Assembly (NCBI RefSeq): GCF_004010195.1
Contig: NC_057751.1
Span: forward strand, 1,438,363 to 1,460,499
DNA: 22,137 bases
Source of the DNA: Chiloscyllium plagiosum
Lineage: Eukaryota
Direction of reading: 5' to 3'
The notes beneath the pieces are model-generated. The model had not been told where the DNA came from. It worked only from the letters and a program-made list of their open reading frames with translations, and ran no database searches. Shown here one piece after another: positions 20,829 through 22,137 of the stretch (within the stretch, counting starts at the first letter, position 1; each line of letters opens with the position of its first letter). A program made the position numbers and the translations under genes.

Positions 20829-21011
20829 CGGTGCTGAGCTGTCTCTTTCAAACTGATGGAGAACAGCTTGAGGGGTACTGGGGGGTTTGTAACAAGTTAG
20901 ATGCAGCTGGAATAGGTTTTAGTGGAGCTTTCATTCTGCGGTGGGAGTTTGGAAGCTGGCTGGGGAAATTGTCCGTGAGCTGAAAGCCTAGATTCTGTCT
21001 GAAGTAATTGG

Positions 21012-21185
21012 ACATGAGACAAGGACACAGAACAGCACAGGAACAGGCCCTTGGGCCCACAACATTGTGTTGAATTTGACTGAATTAAACTAATCCTTTC
21101 TGTCTGCCATTGGCCCACATCTCTACACTCCTTATGTATTTCATGCACTTGGCTCCAAGCCCCTGAAATGCCCCTGTTTTACTGA
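21012..21185 (-). mobile_element. Decayed CR1 3' tail
   Basis: cagcacaggaacaggcccttgggcccacaac is the reverse complement of the tail type at 16005-16035. Confidence 0.7.
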
Positions 21186-21768
21186 CTTGGTGTTTGCCAA
21201 GTGCGTTAATAGTATGTTACTGCAGGGGAACAATGGTTTGGACAGCTCTTGGATAACAAATGAACTAAAGTTCAACCATACCAAGTTTATTTTAGCGATT
21301 GGAAAAGCATACTGAATAACTTGCTTGAAGCAGAGTCATGTCACTAGTCAGGTGACATCTGGGGCACAGCATCTTCCACTTGTGTTGAGATACAAGTTGA
21401 GGTGTTGGCCATCTCACTGGGATATTTGAAAAGGGTTTGGTCAGGTCCTAACACACCCAGATGATAAATTCCACCCACATCCACCTCACCCTCTCCATCT
21501 GGTGATATTGTGAATGCAAACTTAATAATGCCATGGAAGTTTCTGGCTCCATCAAGTATAATAAGGTGCAGGTGCCCACCACACAATCATTGACAAATCC
21601 ACCTCAGCACCTTCAAATCTCCACACCTAAAGATCAAACTCCAAGGAAATGAAGTGCTTCCCACCCACAGACTGGTGCCTTCCAATACAAGCCTGGGTGA
21701 TCGATCCCCTGGCCCCATGGATGCTAACACCTTGATCAAGCTTTTTGTACACAGAGAGAACACACCAA

Positions 21769-21858
21769 TGTACTAAAGGGTCAACTTTATTCCAATTCAT
21801 TGTATCGCAATATTCTACAAAAATAAGTTAAGTCCTTCCTCCGGGCTTTGTGGTCTAC
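21769..21858 (-). other. Candidate 3'-terminal exon with poly(A) site
   Basis: Minus strand: ctttttgtctttccctctAG acceptor (AG at 21860-21859); AATAAA at 21791-21786; CA at 21770-21769; GT-rich ttggtgtgttctctctgtgt downstream. Confidence 0.45.
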
Positions 21859-22137
21859 CTAGAGGGAAAGACAAAAAGGTAAACAATTTGAGGGAAGGAA
21901 AGAATGTGGAACCGAGAGACGAGCAAATTACAAAGGGAACAGCTACACTAGCAGGAGGACCACTAACTTGGTCAAAAGGAGGGATGATAGATCCTTGGCA
22001 TTCCAAAACTTCCAAAAATGATTCAGTTTCAGAACAGCAAAGCAACAACTAAAAAGGATCCTCCATTGCTAACAGCTCTCCCAACCTATGTGTTCAGTGA
22101 ACTGCATTCCATCAACTCGGGCGGGGGGGAAGAAGGA

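Noticed and set aside
21344..21586. 80-aa minus ORF with protein-like composition
   Set aside because: No ATG start, no recognisable domain or convincing splice sites; lies downstream of the candidate poly(A) site
21861..22137. Possible intronic H/ACA snoRNA on minus strand (ACA near 21905)
   Set aside because: No convincing H box or two-hairpin fold by eye

Overview
This is eukaryotic vertebrate DNA, most likely from a shark (inferred from the repeat families), and roughly half to two-thirds of it is decayed retroelements. There are about a dozen CR1 (HER1-type) LINE fragments on both strands, including one young copy with a 186-aa RT stretch that spans a 365-N assembly gap. Other elements are HE1-like SINE tails, a second LINE/SINE pair sharing an aataaatgctgg-type tail, a Tx1-like LINE 3' end, a probable solo LTR, and a Penelope element (GIY-YIG remnant, inverted pseudo-LTRs) nested in a CR1. 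No complete protein-coding gene can be supported; most ORF-track entries are repeat-derived or noise. The most notable signal is a set of short, mostly palindromic, non-coding Penelope-derived elements carrying minimal hammerhead-ribozyme cores (CUGANGA-stem II-GAAA-NN-UH), two of them with perfect 12-bp target-site duplications. Weaker leads are a minus-strand terminal exon with a canonical poly(A) site (~21769-21858), isolated candidate exons, a cytokine-receptor FN3-like peptide and a strong CTCF motif. Family names come from recognition, not database searches, and repeat boundaries are approximate.
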